From positions 1,216,001 through 1,280,000 of the forward strand of contig OZ245365.1 in assembly GCA_965226495.1 (NCBI GenBank): a stretch of DNA of 64,000 nt, given 5' to 3'. A program made the translations under genes and the position numbers. The DNA is from Candidatus Marinacidobacterales bacterium. Its GTDB lineage: Bacteria; Acidobacteriota; Vicinamibacteria; Marinacidobacterales; DATDRI01. Positions 9,916 to 19,420 of this stretch are shown here, in pieces. The notes beneath the pieces were generated by a model. It had not been told where the DNA came from. It was given only the letters and a program-made list of their open reading frames with translations, and did not search any database. Each line of letters starts with the position of its first letter. Within the stretch, counting starts at the first letter, position 1.

Positions 9916-12342
9916 ATGAGGGCGAAACTCTTACTTGCGGTCGTTTTTTGGACTTTCGGTGTCGCAACACCGTTCGCAGCACAACAAACGGTTGGCACCA
10001 TCACCGTGCGCATCCAGGATCCGCAGGGCGCGATGATCGCCCGTGCCAAGGTATCTCTTTTTACGCGCGACAACCGCGTGCGGCTTTCCGTGCTCACCGA
10101 TGAGTCGGGTGAGTATCGGTTCGAGCGTCTTCTCGCCGGTGAGTACTTGATCACTGCGGAGGCGCCCGGGTTTTCTGGAGCCGAAGTGCGAACTCTTACT
10201 TTACCCAGTGGCGACTCGGTGATCGCCGACTTCAAGCTGAAACTGGCCGCTCTTCAGGAGAACGTCGTGGTCACCGCGTCCGGCAGCGCACAGACCGTCG
10301 ACCAGGTTTCTAAGGCCATCACGGTCGTGGAAGATAAAGAGATCGAGGCTCGTAATGAGTACTCGATCCCGGAGGTTCTCCGCACTGTTCCCGGTTTACG
10401 TGTTCAGCAGCTGGGCGGCCCGGGGGCTTTCGTTTCCATCAAGATGCGAGGGTTGCGCAGCGAGGATACCGCGGTCTTATTGGACGGCTTCCGGCTTCGA
10501 GACGCCGCGTCGACGCAGGGAGATGCTTCCGCGTTGATGGAGAGCTTGGTGGTCACCGATCTGGATCGGATCGAAGTGTTGCGCGGCTCCGGTTCGTCGC
10601 TCTATGGGACGAACGCAGTAGGCGGAGTCATCAATATAGTGACCGCCGAGGGGGGTGGACCCGCCCGGGGAAGCTTGCTTCTCGAGGGCGGCTCGCTCGA
10701 TCTTTTTCGCGGGCGAGCGCGGATCGCGGGAGGGTTCAAAGAAGACCGCGTGACCTATAGCATCGGCCTTACGCACCTGAACGTCGGTGAAGGGTTGGAC
10801 GGTGACGACGACGTGAAGAACACCAGTGTGCAAGGACAGATTCGCTGGCGCCCCTCCGCTACGGCGACGCTTTCCGCGAGGCTCTACACCGCAGACTCCT
10901 TCTCCAAGATCAACGAAACGCCACAATCAATTGGATCGATTCCGGCCACAGGAATCATAGAGGCGGTACCGCTCTCGCCATCGGAGGTCAACCGCTTCGA
11001 GGGTGGCGTACCGTCCTCGGAGCTCGTTCTCGGAGACGCGAATGTCATTCCTTCCGCGAACGATCCGGACAACACTCGACACGCGCGGTTCGTCTCGGCG
11101 GCGGTGAGCTTTGAGCAGAGGCCTTCTGAGACCTTTAGCTACTCTCTGGCCTATCATGGCTTGATGACCGACCGCGCGTTCAGAGACGGACCGCAAGGTG
11201 TATCGTTTGAGCCGAGCCGCGACACGCTCTCGGAATTCGACGGCCGCGTCCACACGTTTTACGCACTGGCTAATCTCGACCTCGGTTCCTGGAATTTCCT
11301 CACCGCCGGGTACGAGCTCGAGAGCGAAACCTTTATTAACTCCTCGTTCCCTGAGAATCCCGCAGAGAACTCTTCAGTCGATGTGACGCAAAGCAGCAAT
11401 ACGTTTTTCGTACAAGATCAGATGAATTTCCTTGAAGGCTCGCTACAGATCTCCGGTGCATTTCGCGCCCAGTTTTTCTCCCTGGATGACCCCATCTTCG
11501 CCCCGGTAGAGAACGCGCCCTATGCCGGAGTGCAAGTAGAAGATCCACCGCGTGCCCTGACCGGAGACGGTTCCCTCGCGTATTTCTTTCGGAGCTCGGG
11601 CACCAAGCTGCGAGCACACGTTGGGAATGCGTACCGCGCACCTTCGTTGTTCGAGCGGTTCGGCACCTTTTTCAGCACATTCGGATACTCAGTTTTCGGG
11701 GATCCGCGGCTCGAGCCGGAGCGCTCGCTTGGTTACGATATCGGAGTGGACCAGGCGATGTTTCGCCAACGGTTGAACCTTTCGGCGACCTTCTTCGACA
11801 CCCGACTCCAGCAAGTCATCGTTTTCGACTTCACCGGCGCCATTGATCCTGTCACCGATCCGTTCGGGCGCTTCGGCGGTTACCGCAGAGTCGACGGCGG
11901 AAACGCCAGAGGGCTGGAGCTGAGCTCTGCGGCGACTCCCACCGAGTCCCTACACCTTGCTGTCGCCTACACTTACACCGACACCGAGCCGCCCGCCGCA
12001 GGTGACGAGGCGCTAACGCAGGCGTTCGTCATTCCGAAGCATCAGTTTTCGCTGGTAGCGACGCAGTATCTCGCTCGCGATCTTTACGTGAACTTCGAGC
12101 TCAACGCGTCCGATAGCTACTTCGCGCCGGTTTTCGACCCCGTCACGTTCGTGAGCCGGACTTACCGCTTCGGAGGCATCCTGAAGGCCGACTTGGGTGC
12201 TAGCTACACGTGGCCGCTCGCGGGAGCCAAGGGCGTCCGGCTCTTCGGCAAAGTAGAGAATCTCTTCGACCGAGAGAACTTCGAAAGCGGTTTTCGCACG
12301 CCAGGCCGAACGGTTGTGGCCGGGGCGGCCTTCCAGTTCTAG
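9916..12342 (+). CDS. btuB: TonB-dependent corrinoid receptor with N-terminal carboxypeptidase-like domain
   Basis: Signal peptide, VVVTAS box, plug RIEVLRG..S.LYG..A.GGVINIVT, C-terminal ENLFD...PGR...F; under a B12 riboswitch; RBS ggagg. Confidence 0.85.
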   Translation: MRAKLLLAVVFWTFGVATPFAAQQTVGTITVRIQDPQGAMIARAKVSLFTRDNRVRLSVLTDESGEYRFERLLAGEYLITAEAPGFSGAEVRTLTLPSGDSVIADFKLKLAALQENVVVTASGSAQTVDQVSKAITVVEDKEIEARNEYSIPEVLRTVPGLRVQQLGGPGAFVSIKMRGLRSEDTAVLLDGFRLRDAASTQGDASALMESLVVTDLDRIEVLRGSGSSLYGTNAVGGVINIVTAEGGGPARGSLLLEGGSLDLFRGRARIAGGFKEDRVTYSIGLTHLNVGEGLDGDDDVKNTSVQGQIRWRPSATATLSARLYTADSFSKINETPQSIGSIPATGIIEAVPLSPSEVNRFEGGVPSSELVLGDANVIPSANDPDNTRHARFVSAAVSFEQRPSETFSYSLAYHGLMTDRAFRDGPQGVSFEPSRDTLSEFDGRVHTFYALANLDLGSWNFLTAGYELESETFINSSFPENPAENSSVDVTQSSNTFFVQDQMNFLEGSLQISGAFRAQFFSLDDPIFAPVENAPYAGVQVEDPPRALTGDGSLAYFFRSSGTKLRAHVGNAYRAPSLFERFGTFFSTFGYSVFGDPRLEPERSLGYDIGVDQAMFRQRLNLSATFFDTRLQQVIVFDFTGAIDPVTDPFGRFGGYRRVDGGNARGLELSSAATPTESLHLAVAYTYTDTEPPAAGDEALTQAFVIPKHQFSLVATQYLARDLYVNFELNASDSYFAPVFDPVTFVSRTYRFGGILKADLGASYTWPLAGAKGVRLFGKVENLFDRENFESGFRTPGRTVVAGAAFQF

Positions 12343-12360
12343 CCGGGACCGGAGAAGAAA

Positions 12361-13269
12361 ATGTCCCGCCTTCGAATATGTCGGACCGCAACCTCGGTCG
12401 GGTTGATCGTGCTCATGGCCGGGGTGATTGGGGCTAGGGGTGAGCCGAAGATCCCCCGAGCCATCATTTCGCTCTCGCCCAGCGTCACGGAGATTCTCCA
12501 TGGCGTCGGCGCGTTCGACCGGGTGGTAGCGGTTTCCAGCTTTTGCGAGTATCCGCCACAGGCAAAAGAGCTGCCGAGGGTTGGGGGTTGGCAAAACACG
12601 AGTTTGGAGCGGGTCGCATCGCTCGAGCCGGATTTGGTGATTATGACCGATGCCCAGGCGCCGTTCGTCCACGACCACCTCCAGGCGCTTGGCATCCGGA
12701 GCTTGGTCGTTGGCAGTCAGTCTCTCGAGGACGTTTTTTCTTCCATAACGGAGATCGGCCGTGCAGTGGGGCGGCGCGCGGAAGGTGAGCGACTCGCTGA
12801 GCGGGTTCGAGCTGAGCTTGAAGACGTTCGCCGACGGACCGCTGATCTACCTCGACCGCGGGTTCTTTGTGTCGTCGATCGCCTACCGGGGACGCTCCGG
12901 GACTTATACGTGGCGACCAAAGGAAGCTATTTTGCCGATCTCATCGTGATTGCAGGCGGTCAGCCGCTGTTGCCAACCGCGAGCCACAACTACGTCAAGA
13001 TAACCGCCGAAGCCGTGGTATCGCTGAACCCCGATGTGATTCTCGACATGGTGCAAGCCGTGGCCGCTCCGTTGACCCTCATCGCGGGAAATACGAGCCT
13101 CGCAGAAGATCCGAGCGGCGTGTGGCGAGCGCTCGGCGGTGTCCGCGCCGTGGAGGAGGGGCGAGTCTATCCGTTGCGGGATGCGCAACTGATCCATCCC
13201 TCCCAGTTTGTCGGAAAAACAGCGCGCCGGATTGCCGAGTTTCTGCACCCCGAAGCGTTCGAAGACTGA
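12361..13269 (+). CDS. btuF: Cobalamin ABC transporter substrate-binding protein
   Basis: IISLSPSVTEIL, CEYP, E....L.PDLV helical-backbone fold; operon context. Confidence 0.85.
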   Translation: MSRLRICRTATSVGLIVLMAGVIGARGEPKIPRAIISLSPSVTEILHGVGAFDRVVAVSSFCEYPPQAKELPRVGGWQNTSLERVASLEPDLVIMTDAQAPFVHDHLQALGIRSLVVGSQSLEDVFSSITEIGRAVGRRAEGERLAERVRAELEDVRRRTADLPRPRVLCVVDRLPGTLRDLYVATKGSYFADLIVIAGGQPLLPTASHNYVKITAEAVVSLNPDVILDMVQAVAAPLTLIAGNTSLAEDPSGVWRALGGVRAVEEGRVYPLRDAQLIHPSQFVGKTARRIAEFLHPEAFED

Positions 13270-13277
13270 GCCTAAAC

Positions 13278-14069
13278 GTGGACCTGCCATTGTTGCCATT
13301 GTTAGAAGCCTGCAACGTTCGTTTCGGCTACTCGCGAAGCGTCGAAGCGGTGCGTGGCGTTTCGCTGTCAATCCGGCAGGGAAGCTTTTGTGCGCTCATC
13401 GGACCCAACGGGTCGGGAAAATCAACCCTGTTACGTCTGCTGGCCGGCATCCTGGCGCCTCGCGAGGGCGAGATCCGCTTCGAAGGAAGGTCACTTGCGG
13501 CGGTCGATCGTCGTCGCTTGGCGACCCGCGTCGGGTACGTCTCCCAATCGCACAGCACGGTCTTTCCCTTTACGGCTCTCGAAGTCGTGCTGACCGGGCG
13601 CAGCCCTTACACTCCTTGGTTCCGTTTCGAGAACGAGGCCGACCGAGAAGTGGCCCGTCGAGCCCTGGCCACGGTGGATGCTCTGGACCTGGAGTCGCGT
13701 CCAGTCACAGAGCTCTCGGCCGGAGAGCGGCAACTGGTGGCGGTAGCGCGGGTCCTCGCACAGGACGCCGATTGCATGCTGCTCGATGAGCCCTCCGCGT
13801 CGCTGGATCTGAAACACCGCGCACGTCTCATCGCCACGCTGCGGCGTCTCCGCGACGAACGAGGCCTGACGACGGTGATGGTTACTCACGACCTCCAACT
13901 GTTAGATCCGGGACTCGACCATGCATTCGCCATGCGTGCCGGCGAGATCGTGGCGGAGGGCAGCCCTTCCGCGGTGTTGCACCAGAGTAAGTTGGTGGAG
14001 ATCTACGGGGACCCACGTGTCCGTTCGCGGCAGATGGACGGACGCACATTCGTATGGTCGGAGTGGTGA
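13278..14069 (+). CDS. btuD: Cobalamin ABC transporter ATPase
   Basis: GPNGSGKST, LSAGERQ, LLDEP, VTHDL; start inferred at GTG 13278. Confidence 0.85.
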   Translation: MDLPLLPLLEACNVRFGYSRSVEAVRGVSLSIRQGSFCALIGPNGSGKSTLLRLLAGILAPREGEIRFEGRSLAAVDRRRLATRVGYVSQSHSTVFPFTALEVVLTGRSPYTPWFRFENEADREVARRALATVDALDLESRPVTELSAGERQLVAVARVLAQDADCMLLDEPSASLDLKHRARLIATLRRLRDERGLTTVMVTHDLQLLDPGLDHAFAMRAGEIVAEGSPSAVLHQSKLVEIYGDPRVRSRQMDGRTFVWSEW

Positions 14070-15109
14070 GGCTTCAGCAAGCGGCGGGTCTTGTATCGAC
14101 GCCGGTCGTGACCCGACCCGCCTCGCGGAGCTTGAAGGGGCCGCTTGTCCTCTTGCTTGGAGTTCTCGGTGTCGCGATATGGATCGCCCTGTTGTCGGGT
14201 CATCAGCGAGTCGATTGGACGGCACTTCGCTTAGATGAAACGACACGGATGATCTTCTTCCAAATACGGCTTCCTCGTGTCGCACTCGGCGTCCTGGTCG
14301 GAGCGTCTCTAGCCGTGGTTGGCGCCGCTTTACAGGCGCTGTTTCGCAACCCATTGGCCGATCCGTTCACACTCGGGGTCTCGGGCGGCGGGGCGTTCGG
14401 CGCCAGCGTAGCGATCGCGCTGGGTCTTGGTGCGCAAGTTGGCGGCATCCCGCTGGTCTTCGTCGCCGCCTTCATTGGAGCGGGAGCGGCGGTCTTCGTT
14501 GTGTATCGGTTGGCTTCGACGGGAGCCATCGTGTTACCTGGTGCATTACTCCTCGCCGGGATCGTCCTGAACCTAATCGCCGCCTCAGGTGTACTGGTGA
14601 TCCAGTTCCTTGCGGACTATACCCGAGCCTTGCAGATCCTTCGGTGGATGATCGGCAGTCTGGACGTGGTCGGATTCAGCTTGGTGTGGCGAATGGCCCT
14701 CTTCGTTCTGCCGGGCCTGGTCATGTTGGTGGTCTCTGCGCGCGACCTGCATCTGTTGGCGGTGGACGAGGAAACCGCGATCAGTCTGGGGGTCGACGTT
14801 CGCCGCGTGGAGAAAATGGTATACGCCGCCTCTTGCTTGGTAGTGGGAGCCACGGTTGCCGTGGCGGGGCCCATCGGATTCGTTGGGCTCATTGTTCCCC
14901 ATGCGGTGCGTGTCCTGTTTGGAGAAGATGTACGCATCGTTTTGCCTTGTTCTTTACTTCTTGGGGCGTCCTTTCTCGTGTTGGCCGATGCTGTGGCGCG
15001 CACGGTGCTCGGCGGGAGTGAGCTACCGGTGGGTGCGGTGACGGCGCTCGCCGGAGGACCAACCTTTCTATGGCTGCTGAGACGACGGCAACGATATTCG
15101 GCCCTTTAA
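14066..15109 (+). CDS. btuC: Cobalamin ABC transporter permease (FecCD family)
   Basis: IRLPR, QALFRNPLADPFTLGVSGG, GPIGFVGLIVPH, ELPVG; GTGA overlap with btuD. Confidence 0.88.
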   Translation: MRLQQAAGLVSTPVVTRPASRSLKGPLVLLLGVLGVAIWIALLSGHQRVDWTALRLDETTRMIFFQIRLPRVALGVLVGASLAVVGAALQALFRNPLADPFTLGVSGGGAFGASVAIALGLGAQVGGIPLVFVAAFIGAGAAVFVVYRLASTGAIVLPGALLLAGIVLNLIAASGVLVIQFLADYTRALQILRWMIGSLDVVGFSLVWRMALFVLPGLVMLVVSARDLHLLAVDEETAISLGVDVRRVEKMVYAASCLVVGATVAVAGPIGFVGLIVPHAVRVLFGEDVRIVLPCSLLLGASFLVLADAVARTVLGGSELPVGAVTALAGGPTFLWLLRRRQRYSAL

Positions 15110-15160
15110 CGACGTAACGACGTAACGACGTAACGATGTGAGGATGTGAGGATGTGAGGA
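15107..15160 (+). repeat. Two abutting 8-bp tandem repeats (TAACGACG)x3.75 and (TGTGAGGA)x3
   Basis: Read directly; fills almost the whole spacer between btuC and the adenosyltransferase gene. Confidence 0.9.
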
Positions 15161-15164
15161 TGCC

Positions 15165-15743
15165 ATGAGTATCTCGACGAAGCGCGGTGACGACGGGCAG
15201 ACGAGTTTGATCGGCGGTCGGCGTGTGTCCAAAGGTGCAGATCGGGTGGCAGCGTACGGCGCCATCGATGAGTTGATTTCGGTCATGGGATTCGCGCGTT
15301 CGATTTGCGACAACGCCGAAGTGCGAGAGCGGACGAAGGGGATCCAGCGCGAGTTGTTCGTGGTGAGCTCCTCCGTTGCGACGAGTCCGGATGCCAAGAA
15401 GAAAGAGACACCTGCGGTAACAAAAGAGAGTGTCGTGGCATTGACGCAGGATGTTAACCGCATCGAGAAGCTGGAGGGCCTCCTCGACGATTGGGTGCTC
15501 CCGGGAGAGCATCCGGGCGCCGCGGCTTTCGATGTGGCCCGCACGACGTGTCGCCGTGCAGAGCGAGACGTGGTTCGGTTAATGGAGTCCGGCGAGGAGG
15601 TCGATCCGAAAGTCGTCTCCTACCTCAATCGACTCTCCGATCTCCTTTGGTTGTTTGGGAGACGGTTGGAGAAGGATGCAGGGGTCGATGGGCGGCTGCG
15701 TGACGAGAAGCATTCCGGGGCTCGATGGTCGAGAGCTTGGTGA
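15165..15743 (+). CDS. PduO-type ATP:cob(I)alamin adenosyltransferase
   Basis: TKRGDDGQT, AYGAIDEL, ART.CRRAER, YLNRLSDLL. Confidence 0.92.
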   Translation: MSISTKRGDDGQTSLIGGRRVSKGADRVAAYGAIDELISVMGFARSICDNAEVRERTKGIQRELFVVSSSVATSPDAKKKETPAVTKESVVALTQDVNRIEKLEGLLDDWVLPGEHPGAAAFDVARTTCRRAERDVVRLMESGEEVDPKVVSYLNRLSDLLWLFGRRLEKDAGVDGRLRDEKHSGARWSRAW

Positions 15744-15761
15744 TTCAGAGAAGAAGCGCAA

Positions 15762-17306
15762 ATGGCGAAGGCATTGATGGTACTGGGGACGGGATCCCAC
15801 GCGGGCAAATCTTTAATGACCGCGGCGCTGTGTCGGATCTTGGCGCAGGAGGGCTACCGGGTAGCCCCGTTCAAGGCCCAGAACATGGCACTCAATTCGG
15901 CGGCCACGCCAGACGGATTCGAGATCGGACGTGCGCAGGCCATGCAGGCCGATGCCGCAGGCGTGCCGTCTAGTGTGGACATGAATCCGGTTCTCATCAA
16001 ACCGTCCTCCGATACATCGGCGCAGGTGATCGTCCGCGGCCGGGTGTGGGGCCAGTTCTCCGCGGCGGACTATCATCAGGGGCGCGTGGAGACGCTATTT
16101 CCGACGGTGGCCGAGTGCTACCAGCGTCTCTCCAACGACTATGATGTCATCGTGCTCGAGGGCGCGGGCTCTCCCGCCGAGATCAACCTCAAGCAGCACG
16201 ACATCGTGAATCTTCGGATGGCGGAGCTGGCGGACGCCGCGTGTCTACTTGTGGGTGATATCGATCGCGGAGGGGTTTTCGCGGCGCTTGTCGGAACGAT
16301 CGAGCTACTCGACGCGGACGAGCGATCCCGCGTGTGGGGTTTCTTGATCAATAAGTTCCGCGGTGACCGGGAGCTCCTGCAGCCTGGCATCGATTTCATC
16401 GAGAAGCGTATCGGAAAGCCATGCATGGGCGTCGTGCCTTTCCTTGAAGATGTCGGCCTGGAAGAAGAAGACAGTGTTGCGATCGAGGGTCGAAACGGCG
16501 TGCCCTCTGGCTGGCTAGAGGCCGTCGGTTCGGAGCGCCGACTCAAGATCGGCGTCGTCTCCTATCCCTATATGGCCAACTTCACCGACTTCGACGCGCT
16601 CGCCGCCGAGCCGGCAGTCGCTCTGACCTACTTGACCCGACCCGGTGATATCGAACCCGCCGACGTTCTGATCCTGCCCGGGTCCAAACAAACGAGCGGC
16701 GATTTGGCTTGGCTGAGATGCAATGGTTGGGACGCTGCGGTTCGCGCCCACGCGAGCCACGGCGGGATCACGGTTGGGATCTGTGGCGGCATGCAGATGT
16801 TGGGAAAGGAGCTTCGCGATCCGGATGGAATCGAGGGGGGCGGCACCGTGGAGGGGCTTGGGCTTCTGCCGGTCGAAACTTTCCTGGTGCCCGAAAAGAT
16901 CACGGTGAGGTCACATGCCCGGCTCATGAAGCCGGACCTCTTTGGAAAGGCCATGGATGGCTATGAGCTCGAAGGCTACGAGATCCACCTCGGACGGACG
17001 GAGTTCCGCGAGGGGGCCGCTCCTCTCTTCGCACTCCGTCGTGAGGGCCAATCGGAGGAAAGACGCGACGGGGCGGCGAGCCTCGATGGACTGACAATCG
17101 GCACCTACCTCCATGGTCTATTTGATTCTGATCGTTTTCGGCATGCGTTCATAAGCGCGGCCCGCGCCGCCTCGGGGCTCAATTCTCCGTCTGAGGTCGT
17201 CTTTTTCTCCGCTGAGCGAGAATCTCGCTTCGATCGTCTCGCCGCCTGTGTCCGTGACGCGATGGACGTGGAAGCAGTTCTAGGTTGGCTCGAGTTGGGA
17301 CGGTGA
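15762..17306 (+). CDS. cobQ: Cobyric acid synthase CobQ/CbiP
   Basis: GTGSHAGKS, PFKAQNMALNS, EGAGSPAEINL, DIDRGG, NFTDFD, GICGG.QMLG, GTYLHG. Confidence 0.96.
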   Translation: MAKALMVLGTGSHAGKSLMTAALCRILAQEGYRVAPFKAQNMALNSAATPDGFEIGRAQAMQADAAGVPSSVDMNPVLIKPSSDTSAQVIVRGRVWGQFSAADYHQGRVETLFPTVAECYQRLSNDYDVIVLEGAGSPAEINLKQHDIVNLRMAELADAACLLVGDIDRGGVFAALVGTIELLDADERSRVWGFLINKFRGDRELLQPGIDFIEKRIGKPCMGVVPFLEDVGLEEEDSVAIEGRNGVPSGWLEAVGSERRLKIGVVSYPYMANFTDFDALAAEPAVALTYLTRPGDIEPADVLILPGSKQTSGDLAWLRCNGWDAAVRAHASHGGITVGICGGMQMLGKELRDPDGIEGGGTVEGLGLLPVETFLVPEKITVRSHARLMKPDLFGKAMDGYELEGYEIHLGRTEFREGAAPLFALRREGQSEERRDGAASLDGLTIGTYLHGLFDSDRFRHAFISAARAASGLNSPSEVVFFSAERESRFDRLAACVRDAMDVEAVLGWLELGR

Positions 17307-17310
17307 GGCA

Positions 17311-18093
17311 ATGAGGAGGGTCGCGGCCGCGGTCTCTTTCCTGACCCGAGTTCCGGTGCCCGGAGCCGGGGAGTTCCATTCGGTCGACGTGGGCCGGGCC
17401 ACACTCTTTTTTCCACTTGTCGGTGCGGCGATCGGTACTGCCGCGGTTGCGGTGTTGAAGTTATTTTCCATCCACGTCGGAGGGGGAAGTCTGCACTTCG
17501 GCGCGCCCTGGTTGCCGGCGCCGCTGGTGGCGCTTCTCGTCGTAGCGTTTTCCGCATGGCTAACGGGTGCCATTCATCTCGATGGACTGGCGGACACCGC
17601 CGACGGACTCGGCGGCGGACGAACCCGCGAGGATCGGTTGCGGATTATGCGAGACCCAAAGGTGGGCTCTTACGGGGTGGTGACCCTCATTCTCTTGCTC
17701 GCTATCAAAGTAACGGCGTCGAGTACCCTGATCGCACGGGGGGCTGCCGTGCCGTTTCTCATCCTTGCACCGACCCTCGGGCGCTGGGCCACCGTGGCGC
17801 TAGGGCGATTTCTTCCCTATGCGCACGAACAGCGTGGCGGGCTGGGGAGGGCGGTGACCGAGCATGTGGGATGGCACGAGCTAATCGGTGCGACCGTCAT
17901 CGCGGCAGTTGTTACTTCTCTTGTCAGCGGCATGGTTGGCGCGTCGAGTTGGATAGCGGTTGTCGTCGTTACGTTGGTGATGGGTCGATGGTTCCGCGGA
18001 CGGATCGGTGGTGTTACCGGCGACACCATGGGGGCGAATACGGAGCTCGCCGAAACGGCGGTGCTGGTCGTTGCGGTGGGGATGACGACTTAA
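17311..18093 (+). CDS. cobS: Adenosylcobinamide-GDP ribazoletransferase
   Basis: FLTR.P, TGAIHLDGLADTADG, IMRDP.VG.YG, GGVTGDT.GA. Confidence 0.95.
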   Translation: MRRVAAAVSFLTRVPVPGAGEFHSVDVGRATLFFPLVGAAIGTAAVAVLKLFSIHVGGGSLHFGAPWLPAPLVALLVVAFSAWLTGAIHLDGLADTADGLGGGRTREDRLRIMRDPKVGSYGVVTLILLLAIKVTASSTLIARGAAVPFLILAPTLGRWATVALGRFLPYAHEQRGGLGRAVTEHVGWHELIGATVIAAVVTSLVSGMVGASSWIAVVVVTLVMGRWFRGRIGGVTGDTMGANTELAETAVLVVAVGMTT

Positions 18094-18100
18094 ATGCGAG

Positions 18101-18772
18101 TTGCTGGTGTCGTTGGCTCGTAGAGCCTGGGAAACACCCTCTGGGGTGAGCACGCGCTTCTTCTTGGTGCGGCACGGGGAACCCGAGGCCTCCGCGCGCG
18201 GGCGATGTTACGGCAGGCTCGACGTGGGGCTGTCCGCTTCAGGCAGGGAGCAGATCGATTTGGTTGCTCATTGTCTTCGGCAAGCACCGCTCGCCGAAGT
18301 GTACACGAGCCCGCGCCGCCGAGCGCGCGAGAGCGCCGAAATCGTTGCCCGGTTGCACGAGCTTTCACCGTCAGTGGACGAAAGACTTGGAGAGATCGAT
18401 TTCGGTCAACTGGAGGGAATGTCCTATGACGATGCGGCCAAGACGTATCCAGAGCTCTATCGTGCGTGGATGGAGCGACCGACCGAGGTCGAGTTTCCCG
18501 GCGGCGAGAGTTTCGACATTATGGAGAGGCGGGTCCTTTCCGCAGCCGCGGATCTGCGGTTACGCCACCGAGGGCAAGTGGTGGCCATCGTGACTCATGG
18601 TGGGGTGAATCGCGTTCTACTCCGTGAAGCGCTGGGGATGCCGAAGACGAGTATCTTCCGCCTAGACCAGTCCTACGCTGCGATAAGTCTGGTCGACTAC
18701 TATGAGGACGCGCCGGTCGTTCGATTCGTCAATGTCGAGCTCGATAAGTTCGACCGCCGACCGGAATGCTGA
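18101..18772 (+). CDS. cobC: Alpha-ribazole phosphatase (histidine phosphatase)
   Basis: LVRHGE, EIDFG..EG, PGGES, VTHGG; lies between cobS and cobU; true start may be GTG 18146. Confidence 0.85.
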   Translation: MLVSLARRAWETPSGVSTRFFLVRHGEPEASARGRCYGRLDVGLSASGREQIDLVAHCLRQAPLAEVYTSPRRRARESAEIVARLHELSPSVDERLGEIDFGQLEGMSYDDAAKTYPELYRAWMERPTEVEFPGGESFDIMERRVLSAAADLRLRHRGQVVAIVTHGGVNRVLLREALGMPKTSIFRLDQSYAAISLVDYYEDAPVVRFVNVELDKFDRRPEC

Positions 18773-19323
18773 CGCTTGTTCTAGGGGGTGCGAGGAGCGG
18801 CAAGAGCCGTTATGCCCAGTCGCTCTGTGCCGATTCCCAGAGCGTCGTCTTCCTCGCCACCGCGTGCGAGCAAGACGATCCCGAGATGCGCGCTCGCATT
18901 GACCGGCACCGTGCCGAACGGTCTGGACGATTTGATCGGTGGAAAACGATTGAAGAGCCGCAGGCGGTCGTCCGGGTGGTTCGCGAGTCGGAGCCATTGG
19001 CCACGGTACTTCTGGACTGCGTGACCACGTGGGTTGCGAATCTCGCGTGGGAGCACCGATCGCTTTCGGCAACGGAGCTCCAAAACCTCGTGATTGAAGA
19101 GGTGGCGTCATTGGCGGAGGTGGCCAAGGGGCGCGAGGTCGTTGCGGTCAGTAATGAAGTGGGAAGCGGGATCGTGCCGGAGCATCCTTCCGGACGTCAC
19201 TTCCGGGACTTACAGGGCGCCGCCAACCAGCATCTTGCCCGTGAGGCGGCGTACGTCGTCCTGATGGTGTCCGGTCTACCCCTTGTTCTCAAGGACGAGC
19301 GCACGGGTTCCTTCCTGCGCTAG
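18766..19323 (+). CDS. cobU: Adenosylcobinamide kinase/phosphate guanylyltransferase
   Basis: GGARSGKS, EM..RI..H, LLDC, SNEVG.GIVP, FRD..G.ANQ. Confidence 0.95.
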   Translation: MLTLVLGGARSGKSRYAQSLCADSQSVVFLATACEQDDPEMRARIDRHRAERSGRFDRWKTIEEPQAVVRVVRESEPLATVLLDCVTTWVANLAWEHRSLSATELQNLVIEEVASLAEVAKGREVVAVSNEVGSGIVPEHPSGRHFRDLQGAANQHLAREAAYVVLMVSGLPLVLKDERTGSFLR

Positions 19324-19420
19324 AATAGGGCTTCCGCCAAAGTGGTTCTGCTGCCAGTCGCGTCGATTCGGCGACTGGATACCATTCCGTGGGAAAGGTG
19401 AGTTCGAGCGGGATAAATCT

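Noticed and set aside
12867-13277. N-terminal extension of the ABC ATPase
   Set aside because: Overlaps btuF out of frame; ATPase similarity starts near 13278
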